64,000 nt of DNA from contig CACEWA010000001.1 of the NCBI GenBank assembly GCA_902563095.1, forward strand, positions 24,540 through 88,539, in the 5' to 3' direction. The translations under genes were made by a program, and so were the position numbers. Under the pieces are notes generated by a model. That model searched no databases, had not been told where the DNA came from, and was given only the letters and a program-made list of their open reading frames with translations. The first letter of the stretch is position 1. Every line of letters begins with the position of its first letter. The DNA comes from an uncultured Candidatus Poseidoniales archaeon (GTDB lineage: Archaea; Thermoplasmatota; Poseidoniia; Poseidoniales; Poseidoniaceae). Positions 1-9,252 of the stretch are shown piece after piece.

Positions 1-341
1 AAATATTCCAGAGTCCACGCTCCGTAGCGTATCTCACTCAATGCTTCACGGAATGTCTTTCCATTGTTAGAAGATTCAATTGCTGCTAGACTCTTTGCAT
101 TAGCATAGGTTGCAGCAGCCATCTTTTGCAAGATTCTTCCTCTTTGTGCTGGATCCATAGCAGCCCAATCTTTGGAATTAAGAGCCGCTCTGGAGGCTGC
201 AACACATCGCTCAACATCTCCGATTGTCGCCTTAGGAGTTGTTGCAATAACTTCGCCTGAAGCAGGGTTCAGTACATCGGATGTAGAGCCATCTTCTGCG
301 TCAGTCCATTCACCAGCAATCAACATTTGTTCACTCGCCAT
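1..341 (-). CDS. Aldehyde dehydrogenase family protein, N-terminal part (runs off the window edge)
   Basis: Not in the ORF track. Manual translation from ATG at 341: MASEQMLIAGEWTDAEDGSTSDVLNPASGEVIATTPKATIGDVERCVAASRAAL...W..MDPAQRGRILQKMA...IES.NNGK, the typical ALDH N-terminus. Confidence 0.9.
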   Translation of the reverse strand, partial: MASEQMLIAGEWTDAEDGSTSDVLNPASGEVIATTPKATIGDVERCVAASRAALNSKDWAAMDPAQRGRILQKMAAATYANAKSLAAIESSNNGKTFREALSEIRYGAWTLEY

Positions 342-418
342 AACCAATGCGAAGAGGAACCGCCTCAAAGCCTCTCCCGTTGGGGGTTGTCTTGATTAGC
401 AAGCAGGCACAGCATTAG

Positions 419-1084
419 TTGATGGCGAAGCGGATAGGTATCGCTGAAGCGACGACAACCAAAGTTACTGGACGCCCTCCTATCCTAGTATTGATCGCCG
501 GTACAACCGGGGTTGGGAAATCAACTACTGCTGTAAAAATCGCTAACGAGCATTCCTTTGCAAGGCTACTATCAACAGATGCGATTAGAGAAATTATGCG
601 AGTCCAGGGTTCTACTGAGAACCTAGCATTACACCGTTCATCCTTCTCAAGAGGAGAATCAGGAGATGCAGTGCTTGATTGGCAAGACACCTGCAAGGCT
701 GTTGAATCAGGAGTCCAAGCCACTATTGAAAGAGCGCGCAGAGAAGGTATTGACCTAATTTTAGAAGGCGTTCACCTTGAACCAAGTTCCCGATTACTAC
801 GCTCCTGGAGAGCATCTGGTGGTATTGCAATCGGAATTGTGATGCATGTAGATGATGAATCACAACATACTAGTTTCTTGAAACAAAGAGAAAGTCATTC
901 ATTTAGGAATGCAGAGAGGTACATTTCTGCATTACCTCGAATAAGAGCCATTCAAGATTCGCTAAAAGAAAAAGCTAGGATTGCTGATTGGAATACTTTG
1001 GACCCGACCGTGGTCAAGGATAGTCTGGACAGAGTCAATCATTGGCTAGACCTTGCATGGAATGAGTGGCGAAAGTCGAATTAA
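419..1084 (+). CDS. 2-phosphoglycerate kinase-like P-loop kinase
   Basis: LIAGTTGVGKST Walker A, STDAIREIMR and LILEGVHL motifs of the COG2074-type family; substrate uncertain. Confidence 0.75.
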   Translation: MMAKRIGIAEATTTKVTGRPPILVLIAGTTGVGKSTTAVKIANEHSFARLLSTDAIREIMRVQGSTENLALHRSSFSRGESGDAVLDWQDTCKAVESGVQATIERARREGIDLILEGVHLEPSSRLLRSWRASGGIAIGIVMHVDDESQHTSFLKQRESHSFRNAERYISALPRIRAIQDSLKEKARIADWNTLDPTVVKDSLDRVNHWLDLAWNEWRKSN

Positions 1085-1518
1085 GCATCTAAATCGATTT
1101 CAAAAGAAATCACTCTTGTCAGCATTGAGTTTCTGTCTGCTGCCCCTAATTCGCTGTATACAGTTACGACACCATCTGATTCGCTGACTGTAATATTCAA
1201 CAATTTGAGTTCGACACCTCTTATCTCGCCGTGATGTAATACATCATCGTGAAGAGAATCTATCGACTTCTGAACACTCTCTATCTCAGACAAACCAGAA
1301 TCATACCAAATTTGAGCACGAGCCTCTGTAAGTTGAGGAAGATTTTCTGCAATATCTGAGGAGGCTTGAATCGTATCGTCGCCTGCGGTATCGTATGGCA
1401 TAGAAATTCCAGCCATCTTTACACCGAAAATCGCCATAGAAAGAAGTGACATCATCAGTACAACTCCTGTCGCCAACAGCATTTGTCCACTCTCGTCTTT
1501 ACTTGCTGAACGCATCAT
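1081..1518 (-). CDS. Pilin-like protein with class III signal peptide (minor pilin)
   Basis: DESG/QMLLATGVVLMMSLLSMAIF: G-Q cleavage site then a hydrophobic helix; ATGA overlap with the upstream gene stop; last gene of the pilus operon. Confidence 0.65.
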   Translation of the reverse strand: MMRSASKDESGQMLLATGVVLMMSLLSMAIFGVKMAGISMPYDTAGDDTIQASSDIAENLPQLTEARAQIWYDSGLSEIESVQKSIDSLHDDVLHHGEIRGVELKLLNITVSESDGVVTVYSELGAADRNSMLTRVISFEIDLDA

Positions 1519-1952
1519 GAACCACGCTCCCACAAATCCAAACTAATAGTCCACAAATGGTCATCAACAGCTACCAATCCATGGGCATTGACTGTACTAG
1601 CACCAGGAGTTGCTACCTCCCCATTAGGTTGTGAAGTACCAGAATCTTTAGCCAGCCAGCAATTGGCTTCAACCCCACTAGCGAGGTAATTTTGGACTAA
1701 TTCACAGGCATCATCATTTCGTCCTGTAGCGAGTAATTCAGCGAGGCGTGAGTCGTGATCGCTCTCCATAGCAGGAGTTGCCAGTGCTAGATTGATGGCG
1801 TCCTCTCCTGCAAACTGCATTTCAGCATCGATGGAGATGCTCGCTTCATCAGGAACATGTATTGTGATTAGGAAGGCGGCAGTCATGAAAAAAAGCCAAA
1901 ACAAAGTCAGCATCTCAAGGATGTGAATTTGGGCGCTCTCATCATTCTGCAC
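1515..1952 (-). CDS. Pilin-like protein with class III signal peptide (minor pilin)
   Basis: DESA/QIHILEMLTLFWLFF resembles the euryarchaeal GQxHxLE minor-pilin N-terminus. Confidence 0.7.
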   Translation of the reverse strand: MQNDESAQIHILEMLTLFWLFFMTAAFLITIHVPDEASISIDAEMQFAGEDAINLALATPAMESDHDSRLAELLATGRNDDACELVQNYLASGVEANCWLAKDSGTSQPNGEVATPGASTVNAHGLVAVDDHLWTISLDLWERGS

Positions 1953-1961
1953 AGCATCACC

Positions 1962-3476
1962 TCAAGGCGAGAATGTTCCCGCTGATGGGCTCAATGCCGG
2001 TAATGTTGTGACACCTATCAAATCTGGCGAGAATACGATAACATTGAAACAAAGTAATGCAAGTAAAATCATCAGCCCTGAATGCTTCATTCCGCTAGTA
2101 AATCGGCCAGTTGCCATCAACCCAGCCATTGAACCATTACCAAGTGCCTGCATCGTCACTCCATAATAGAAAATCGTCAAGAAGAACAGGGGCTCGATGT
2201 TACGAATAACCATGTTACCCAATTGCTGGCCTCCGCCACCATCCTCACCATCAGAATTTGAACCTGCAATCGCTGGAATGAAAACCTTAGCTAGAACAAC
2301 AATAACACCAAGGAAAACACCGTAAGAAGTCCAAATAACCGAAATGTAGGAGGCAATAGAACGTCTTCTTTCACCTTCTAGGAACTTCAATTCACGACTG
2401 TCGTTGGCTGCAGTAACAAGAATATCTGAAATCTTTCCACCTGCTCTATTTGCTTCCGAAATCAGAGAGATAGCACGTAAAACAAGCGGAGTGCCGACTC
2501 TAGCAGCGAACATTTCGATAACATCACCGAAAGAAACACCCCAAGACAATTGGTCACTCATTTTCTTAACTTCGTGATTCAGAGCACCGTATTCACTCGT
2601 CGCTAACGTTTGAACCGCCACCGTCATTGAAAGACCACCTTTCCAGTATTCTGCAAGGTCTCTCAAGAAATCAGGGAACTTCTCTTCCATTTGGTTAGTC
2701 TTTTCTTTGACTCTATCCCAGTAGAATGATGCTGGCCAAAACATGATGAAGAAGCCTATTCCAAAGAAGTTCAGGAAAATCGTAGGTCTCAGAGAAATGC
2801 CGCCCAAATCTACTTCAGGGCCAATCCATTGAGACTTGTTATTCATATTCTCTGGAAGGCCGTCATAGTAATCCATCTCAAGACGGTATGTAGCTTCCTG
2901 AACTTCAACTTCAGAAATCATAATCAGTTGGTACAGATTACCTTTCTCCATATTTTGAATGAATACTTCACAATTGTCACCGTTAGCGTGAGAGTTACCG
3001 CTATACCTTGTGATTTCTACTCCACTCGGATCTTTGATTATGAACGAATAATCAGAAGGAATCGCTGTTTCAACTTTACATGTTCCCGTCAATGTTTGTT
3101 GGGGCCGCACACTGGCAGTGATATTCTCGTCCATTCCCGGAACATCAAACAGTTGCCCTAGCCCGATGAACTCCTTCCAAGGATCTTCAGGAGTCATAAC
3201 CAGAACATCAGGTTCGTCCTTCAACAATCCAAATTGACAAGATTCATTGTCATCGAATGTAGGTACGTAATTGGCGTCATAGCCACAAGCCATGTTGACG
3301 AACAATGGTTGTCCGTTAGGAGCAGTAGTAAAGTGAGAGTTGGTGACCCAGAATGTGAAAGATGCTAGGCCTAGGAAAATGCTAACACCAAGAATGGCAT
3401 ACAATTTGGTCAGAGTTGTATCGTCTTTTGGAAGGTCCAACTTTACGATAATTTTCTCTTTCTTCTTTCGTGCCAA
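1962..3476 (-). CDS. Type IV pilus platform protein (T2SSF/TadC-like) with large inserted domain
   Basis: FPDFLRDLAE...GGLSM...YGALNHEV...WGVSF...AGGKISDIL T2SSF motifs; TTG start with GGAGGTGA RBS at 3481-3488. Confidence 0.85.
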   Translation of the reverse strand: MARKKKEKIIVKLDLPKDDTTLTKLYAILGVSIFLGLASFTFWVTNSHFTTAPNGQPLFVNMACGYDANYVPTFDDNESCQFGLLKDEPDVLVMTPEDPWKEFIGLGQLFDVPGMDENITASVRPQQTLTGTCKVETAIPSDYSFIIKDPSGVEITRYSGNSHANGDNCEVFIQNMEKGNLYQLIMISEVEVQEATYRLEMDYYDGLPENMNNKSQWIGPEVDLGGISLRPTIFLNFFGIGFFIMFWPASFYWDRVKEKTNQMEEKFPDFLRDLAEYWKGGLSMTVAVQTLATSEYGALNHEVKKMSDQLSWGVSFGDVIEMFAARVGTPLVLRAISLISEANRAGGKISDILVTAANDSRELKFLEGERRRSIASYISVIWTSYGVFLGVIVVLAKVFIPAIAGSNSDGEDGGGGQQLGNMVIRNIEPLFFLTIFYYGVTMQALGNGSMAGLMATGRFTSGMKHSGLMILLALLCFNVIVFSPDLIGVTTLPALSPSAGTFSP

Positions 3477-3491
3477 TATCTCACCTCCTAC

Positions 3492-4511
3492 TCACATTTT
3501 TTGTTCTTCACTTGACGACCATACAATGAAAGCGAACATAGCGTGAATCATTGGTAAGACCAATAGAACCACAGCATACAGTGTGCTTTCTTCCATCTGA
3601 GCACCTGCACCGCTAACCCAGAACATAATGACTAGCATAACGATTAGGAACAGTGGCATTGCAACTGCAACAACAACATATGATTCCGCTAGCATAGCAA
3701 GAGATTCAAGGAACTCTTGCAATCGGGTCCTGTTTTCACGCATGTAGTGTTCAGCACGATTCAGGAAATACAGTTTGAGAGAACCTCCAGCTGTTAGGGT
3801 TCCGACCATTCCTTGGAAGAATTCCGTCATCCATGGCGAAGCTGCTCTATCTACTGCCATCTTCATTGCTGTCAGCAAATCATATCCTAACAATGAGACG
3901 TCGCGATATATCATTGACGAATCGTAGGCAATCTCTCCATAGATATCTCCATTCAGAGCTAGTGATTTGAAAATCTTGTGAGGTGTTGCATTTGCTGCAG
4001 CCATTGCCGCAGTGTAGGATGCAGCATATGGAAGGTATTTCTCAAGTGCAACACCGCGTGCTTTAGCAGCTCTTGCGGCTGAACCTTTCAAGAATCTGAA
4101 AGTGCCAAATGGTACAACTAGACCCAGCATTACAGGAAGTAGAATCTTAGCGAAGAATGGGAATTCCATGTATTGGAAGTATGGACACCCTCTACTCTCG
4201 AGAGTCTCATCAACCAAATCGCTATTCCAGTATTCCCACTCATAGCAAGCAAGAGCATAATCCAGATCTGGGCGTGATTCATACCATGCGATCAATCCTA
4301 TATCTGGCAAGAATACTGCAGTGAGCAATAATCCACAAATTATGGTAACTGCAACGGTTGTAACAAACAACTGTGCCATATACACTTCAGGCATAATTGG
4401 CATGTTTCCTTTGACTAAGTCTTCAGAAAGTTTGACATCATTACGCGCCCTTTTCTTGAAAGCTTTACCAAGGATTCGATGACAAATTTTCTGCCATGCA
4501 GTTAACTCCAT
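3492..4511 (-). CDS. Type IV pilus platform protein (T2SSF/TadB-TadC-like)
   Basis: LEKYLPYAASY..AMAAA...IYGEIA...LLGYD...SPWMTEFFQGMVGTLTAGGSL; GGAGGTGA RBS. Confidence 0.85.
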   Translation of the reverse strand: MELTAWQKICHRILGKAFKKRARNDVKLSEDLVKGNMPIMPEVYMAQLFVTTVAVTIICGLLLTAVFLPDIGLIAWYESRPDLDYALACYEWEYWNSDLVDETLESRGCPYFQYMEFPFFAKILLPVMLGLVVPFGTFRFLKGSAARAAKARGVALEKYLPYAASYTAAMAAANATPHKIFKSLALNGDIYGEIAYDSSMIYRDVSLLGYDLLTAMKMAVDRAASPWMTEFFQGMVGTLTAGGSLKLYFLNRAEHYMRENRTRLQEFLESLAMLAESYVVVAVAMPLFLIVMLVIMFWVSGAGAQMEESTLYAVVLLVLPMIHAMFAFIVWSSSEEQKM

Positions 4512-4540
4512 TCATCTCACCTCCAATTCAATCTAATCGA

Positions 4541-6064
4541 TCAACGTAGGCCGTCAACACGTGCTAAGATTTCATGCGGCCTTACGTAGTACTCGGTAAT
4601 AATTTGGCTAACTTGGTCAGACTTACGGATATCATTCAATACCATCCATTCAAGAATACGCTTACGGGTTCGTAATTCTCTACGCATCTCGTCTTGACTA
4701 TAGTTAATTTTGACCATGATTTTCTCAAGAACATATGACTTTCCAGAGAATATGAAATCATCATTTGCTACATTCCATCTAAACACTTCATTGGTGATAA
4801 CTTCCAGAGAGTTAGGGTCGATACCTACGATTTCAACAATCTGTTTTGTTCTTCTTACACGTCGTCCATTAATACGAGTCTGAATTTGAATCGCACATGC
4901 TTCCAAAGCAGGTAACAAAACACGCGGAATATCGATCGGCTTGTTCTCCAACCTATGTACTAACGAAGGTACAGAGTCAGCGTGCACCGTTGAATATGCA
5001 CAGTGTCCTGTTGCCATCGCTTGGAACAGAACATATGCTTCAGCACCACGAATTTCACCCACGATGATGTATTCTGGTCGCTCACGGAGAGCAGCCTTTA
5101 GCAACTCGAATTCCCCGATTTCACCTTCATTAGATTCACCACCGAATCCTTGTCTTGTCAGACCAGGGACCCAGTTTGGCTGTGGAATGTTAACTTCACG
5201 AGTGGATTCGATACTTACAATCTTCATCTGCCATGGAATGAAAATACACATAGCGTTCAATGTAGTTGTCTTTCCTGAAGCAGTACCGCCTACGAATAGC
5301 ATCGGCACTTCATTCTGGAAAGCGACCCACAGATATGCACCCATCAGCGAGGAGAGTGTACGGAAAGCGATAATGTCACACGGTGAGAACGGGTCGTCCT
5401 TGAATCTGCGAATACAGAATGCTGAACCACGAGTGGATACTTCACGACCTAATTTCATAACGATTCTTGAACCATCCATCAGCGTAGCATCCAGCAACGG
5501 GTCAGCAACAGAAATGTGCTTACCACAACGCTGTGCCAACTTGATAACATATGATTCTAATTCGTCATCTGTCTCCCAAACACAGGTGGTTTCTACAGAC
5601 TCGAATTTCCTGTGATAAGCGAAAATTGGAACATTTGTTCCGTCCAAAGAAACGTCTTCCACATTCGCATCATTCATCAGAACATCCATCTTTCCATATC
5701 CTACCAAATCTCTTCGGAGATAGTAGAATAGTTTTGACTTGGATTTCTTGTTAATTTTCATCCCATAGGCCTTGATGACCTTGTCCATCGCTGTCCGAAG
5801 GTATGCTGTAGGATCAGCATCGATTTCTTCGATATTTGCGGTTAGTGAGCGGATGAAGATATCGAGAAGCTCATCACGCCACTCTTGCTCTTTCTTATTC
5901 AAAGGAGGTTCAATGATTTGATAAATGATATTTAGGGTTCTCTTGTCACGCACAATTCTTGCAAATGCATGTGGAGGCATGACAGGATACTTGTCAAGTT
6001 CATCATACATTGCACGCTGTTGGTTACGACTTCTTCTTTGGCCACCACCGCTTTTCCTAGCCAT
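4541..6064 (-). CDS. Type IV pilus assembly ATPase (PilB/FlaI/VirB11 family)
   Basis: GGTASGKTT Walker A, ALRERPEYIIVGEIRG, AMATGH..STVHA. Confidence 0.95.
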   Translation of the reverse strand: MARKSGGGQRRSRNQQRAMYDELDKYPVMPPHAFARIVRDKRTLNIIYQIIEPPLNKKEQEWRDELLDIFIRSLTANIEEIDADPTAYLRTAMDKVIKAYGMKINKKSKSKLFYYLRRDLVGYGKMDVLMNDANVEDVSLDGTNVPIFAYHRKFESVETTCVWETDDELESYVIKLAQRCGKHISVADPLLDATLMDGSRIVMKLGREVSTRGSAFCIRRFKDDPFSPCDIIAFRTLSSLMGAYLWVAFQNEVPMLFVGGTASGKTTTLNAMCIFIPWQMKIVSIESTREVNIPQPNWVPGLTRQGFGGESNEGEIGEFELLKAALRERPEYIIVGEIRGAEAYVLFQAMATGHCAYSTVHADSVPSLVHRLENKPIDIPRVLLPALEACAIQIQTRINGRRVRRTKQIVEIVGIDPNSLEVITNEVFRWNVANDDFIFSGKSYVLEKIMVKINYSQDEMRRELRTRKRILEWMVLNDIRKSDQVSQIITEYYVRPHEILARVDGLR

Positions 6065-6119
6065 ACATACACCCCTGACACTTTGGACACGGTCTCACTC
6101 GGTTATGACCTTTCTCCAT

Positions 6120-6147
6120 TGTGAGAGGCCCTACGGGCCCTCTCACA
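6120..6147. repeat. GC-rich intergenic inverted repeat with central CCC-TAC-GGG
   Basis: tgtgagaggccc tac gggccctctcaca; overlaps the stop codon of the upstream kinase and lies ~55 nt upstream of the pilus ATPase. Confidence 0.75.
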
Positions 6148-6688
6148 GAGTATTCAGCCAAGCCGATACTTCAGATTGTAAATGCTCAAGTTCGCCCTCA
6201 TTAGAAAACGAAATTTCTGCTTGCTCGATTATTGTATCAAGACCCCATCCAGTTTCTCTCTCGTCTCTCTGTTCAAGATCGGACAAATCTCCATCTTCAG
6301 AACGTGCACGGGATTGAACTCTTTCGAATCGCAATTGCTTTGATGCAATAATTGCAACCACCTTGAAAGAATCACCCCAATGCTTCTCGAAAACATCCCT
6401 CTCAGCAGTACCCCGTAAGCCTTCGATTAAGACGATGCGGTTGTTAGCAAGTAATTCGTCGACAGCAGAAACTAATCTGTGCGCCAATACATCGTCGCCA
6501 TATTCTGCTCTCAAATCAGAAGCAACCTCTCCGAAAACATGTGGTGCTTCTGGAATTCCTCTGGCCTTTACTTCGGCTCTCACCATATCGCCCATGGAAC
6601 GCACGGGGATACCTGTCGCAGCAAGAATTGTAGCAAACTCGCCCTTGCCAGCAGCAGGCAATCCGCTAACTGCAATTACGAGTCCCAT
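6143..6688 (-). CDS. UPF0200-type nucleoside monophosphate/dephospho-CoA kinase-like P-loop protein
   Basis: IAVSGLPAAGKGE P-loop, SMGDMVRAE, IEGLR, RDERE..WGL; start moved to the ATG at 6688. Confidence 0.8.
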   Translation of the reverse strand: MGLVIAVSGLPAAGKGEFATILAATGIPVRSMGDMVRAEVKARGIPEAPHVFGEVASDLRAEYGDDVLAHRLVSAVDELLANNRIVLIEGLRGTAERDVFEKHWGDSFKVVAIIASKQLRFERVQSRARSEDGDLSDLEQRDERETGWGLDTIIEQAEISFSNEGELEHLQSEVSAWLNTL

Positions 6689-6707
6689 GGGTTGGTCGCG
6701 TACGGTT

Positions 6708-8363
6708 TCAATTGTTGAACTCTGCCCTTCCCCATTTGCGGTCAAGCAGTTTCATCAACAGTACTGCTGCTGCCACCAAGCCAACACTAACAGCCAATAT
6801 TCCCTTAAATCCGGTAGCCATTGCTTCATTATCAAATTCTACAGCTTCGGCTTGCAATCCTTTGTCTTGGACTTGGTCTGCCCAATTCTCGTAAAATGAT
6901 ACATCTCCTTGCGTGAATGAAAGTAGGAACAATGCGAGTAATGGAATGACTGTTCCAATCCAAAACCAGGTCATTATTTTAGCATCGAAAATCGCTTTAT
7001 TAGGAGCAAGCCCCATCAAGAATGCGGTCAAGCAAACGATGTAGATGCTATTGGCTATCATAACAATTAATCCAACCGGTAGAACTGCCCATTCATCTAA
7101 TCTCCAAGCCATTAAGCACAGGAAAATAACTGAAATCCAGGTAGTCGCCAAGAAGTAAACTGTGACCTTTGCCCGAATCAATTGTGGAACACTGAGCGGC
7201 AATCCATTCATGTGTTCGGGTGAATCGAGAGCGGTTAACCATGAGTAAAAATTGAATCCAAAGAAGCCCAAAAATGGCGCATATGATAACAGATTTATCG
7301 GAATCGGAGCCTCGGCGAAATCAACTAACCACGCCATCATTAGAAGCACAATTAGAGGTACAGAATACGATACAACCATTTTCTTTAGAGACCCTGAGCG
7401 AATCAAATCGACTGCTTCCTTTGCAACAAGTAGCCTGAGTGGCCCGTTTCCTAGGAATCGCAAACGATTCCATGCTGGCAAAAATATCTCCTTCTTGGAG
7501 ACGACTTTTACTTCGAAATCATCCAATACCAATTGCGATGCAACCCATGCCAAAAATATCGAGGCTGCCAGTGCAGGAATTGCGAGTAAAATTCCATCAG
7601 GTTGTTGCGTTGCTAATCCCCAAAGTAAGTATTGACGCGGAATCAATCCTAAGCCGATTATCGTACCTATTCCTACCACAAATACAGGTGTTAGTCGGCT
7701 GAACCAACCGCCCAATAGCCATAGTGAAGAGGCGATGAATGAGAATGCCAAGCCCTGAGCCAATGTCACTGACATTGCAATCCATGTTCTAGGCAGGCTA
7801 CTATATTCCAATGGGGTACTTACACTCGTGAAATTTTCCAATAAGATACCAATAGCCATTCCTGAAATAACTGGTGTCAAAATGAGCATTACATAGTAAG
7901 AAAGATCTTTGACATAATATGCAAAATGGGCGGTTGGATTTGTCAATGGTTGAAGTGCTGGAGAGGCCAAAAGATAGTTCTTAGTTCCGGTTCTAGCAAG
8001 CACTTTTTCTCTCCCTAAGAATGCAAATGAACCCATTCCTAAACTGAAAAATAACAACGGCAAATGAAGTGCAAAACGCATCTCTTCCCAAGTGAAAGCG
8101 TTGGCATTCGGATCTGGTCCTTGAGCTGCCCCCTCGCCGACCAAAAATTGCAAACCAATTGTTGCTACCATGGTGACTAAGGCTACAAGCAATGGGAAAA
8201 GTAGAATTCGTCTTTTCTTTGCGAAGTCTAAATTTTCTCTAAATTCTTCAACGAACATAACTTGGAATGTAGCAGAAAATGCACTCCAGCCTACCAATGG
8301 CGTGTTAAGATGCATTCCTCCATCGGTGGAGCCCAATGCATCAGGTAGAGATTTTTCTGACAA
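6708..8363 (-). CDS. Multi-pass membrane protein, probable ABC exporter permease
   Basis: More than 10 hydrophobic segments; directly downstream of an ABC ATPase. Confidence 0.7.
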   Translation of the reverse strand: MSEKSLPDALGSTDGGMHLNTPLVGWSAFSATFQVMFVEEFRENLDFAKKRRILLFPLLVALVTMVATIGLQFLVGEGAAQGPDPNANAFTWEEMRFALHLPLLFFSLGMGSFAFLGREKVLARTGTKNYLLASPALQPLTNPTAHFAYYVKDLSYYVMLILTPVISGMAIGILLENFTSVSTPLEYSSLPRTWIAMSVTLAQGLAFSFIASSLWLLGGWFSRLTPVFVVGIGTIIGLGLIPRQYLLWGLATQQPDGILLAIPALAASIFLAWVASQLVLDDFEVKVVSKKEIFLPAWNRLRFLGNGPLRLLVAKEAVDLIRSGSLKKMVVSYSVPLIVLLMMAWLVDFAEAPIPINLLSYAPFLGFFGFNFYSWLTALDSPEHMNGLPLSVPQLIRAKVTVYFLATTWISVIFLCLMAWRLDEWAVLPVGLIVMIANSIYIVCLTAFLMGLAPNKAIFDAKIMTWFWIGTVIPLLALFLLSFTQGDVSFYENWADQVQDKGLQAEAVEFDNEAMATGFKGILAVSVGLVAAAVLLMKLLDRKWGRAEFNN

Positions 8364-8401
8364 GTCAGACCAATCTCGGCTGGAGATAGAAACGGACAGT
8401 T

Positions 8402-9181
8402 TTACTCCTCCTCGCTGATTCCTTCATCACTCATTCTTTCTGCTTCTTCAATTGAATGGCCTACTAATCGAATGAATACATCCTCAAGTGTCTCTTCATC
8501 GGATTCTTTCAAACCTTTTACAGTGCCTGCAGCCAATACCTTGCCGTGATTGATGATTGCCATTCTGTTACACATTCTCTCAGCCATTTCCAACACGTGA
8601 GAACAAAGGAAAATAGTACCTCCGTTAGCGACCATATCCAGCAGCCATTGACGGCACTTGCGTTGGTAAATAGGGTCCAAGTTTGCGAATGGTTCATCCA
8701 AGAAAAGCAGTTTCGGTTCATGGATGAATGCAGAAGCAAGCATCACTTTTTGGCGCTGCCCTTTTGACAAATCTTTGCACATAGTATCTCTTTTTTCATC
8801 TAGACCAAACCAATCCATCCAATGTTCGACCTTTGCATCTAGGTCGTCTATCCCACGAAGTTTACCGACAAATTGCAAGAATTCACTTGGGGTTAAGTAC
8901 GAGGGCGGTGATTCCGATTCTGGCACAATTCCGATGTTTGCTTTGAGTTTCTGAGGCTCTTTTGCAGCATTGATTCCAAGAACTTCTACAGCGCCAATAC
9001 TAGGACGTAATTGCCCGGTTAGGAGTTTAATGAATGTAGATTTACCAGCACCATTAGGCCCAAATACTCCAAAAAATTCACCTGAACTAACTTTGACATT
9101 CAAAGGATGAAGTGCGATGAAATCGCCATATCTCTTGCCCAAGTCTTTTGCGACTACTAAGGATTCTTCACCTTCGGACAT
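8402..9181 (-). CDS. ABC transporter ATP-binding protein (exporter type)
   Basis: GPNGAGKST, LSKGQRQK signature, LFLDEP, SH switch. Confidence 0.95.
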   Translation of the reverse strand: MSEGEESLVVAKDLGKRYGDFIALHPLNVKVSSGEFFGVFGPNGAGKSTFIKLLTGQLRPSIGAVEVLGINAAKEPQKLKANIGIVPESESPPSYLTPSEFLQFVGKLRGIDDLDAKVEHWMDWFGLDEKRDTMCKDLSKGQRQKVMLASAFIHEPKLLFLDEPFANLDPIYQRKCRQWLLDMVANGGTIFLCSHVLEMAERMCNRMAIINHGKVLAAGTVKGLKESDEETLEDVFIRLVGHSIEEAERMSDEGISEEE

Positions 9182-9252
9182 AATTCATCGTTGGCGCTCA
9201 ACATTTTGAATGTGTGCTTACAATTGATTTGATATGACTCTCTCGGAGTATC

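Noticed and set aside
1081-6064. Archaellum (fla/arl) operon
   Set aside because: Two separate single-domain platform genes instead of one FlaJ; no FlaH/KaiC-like gene or archaellin nearby; fits a type IV pilus better
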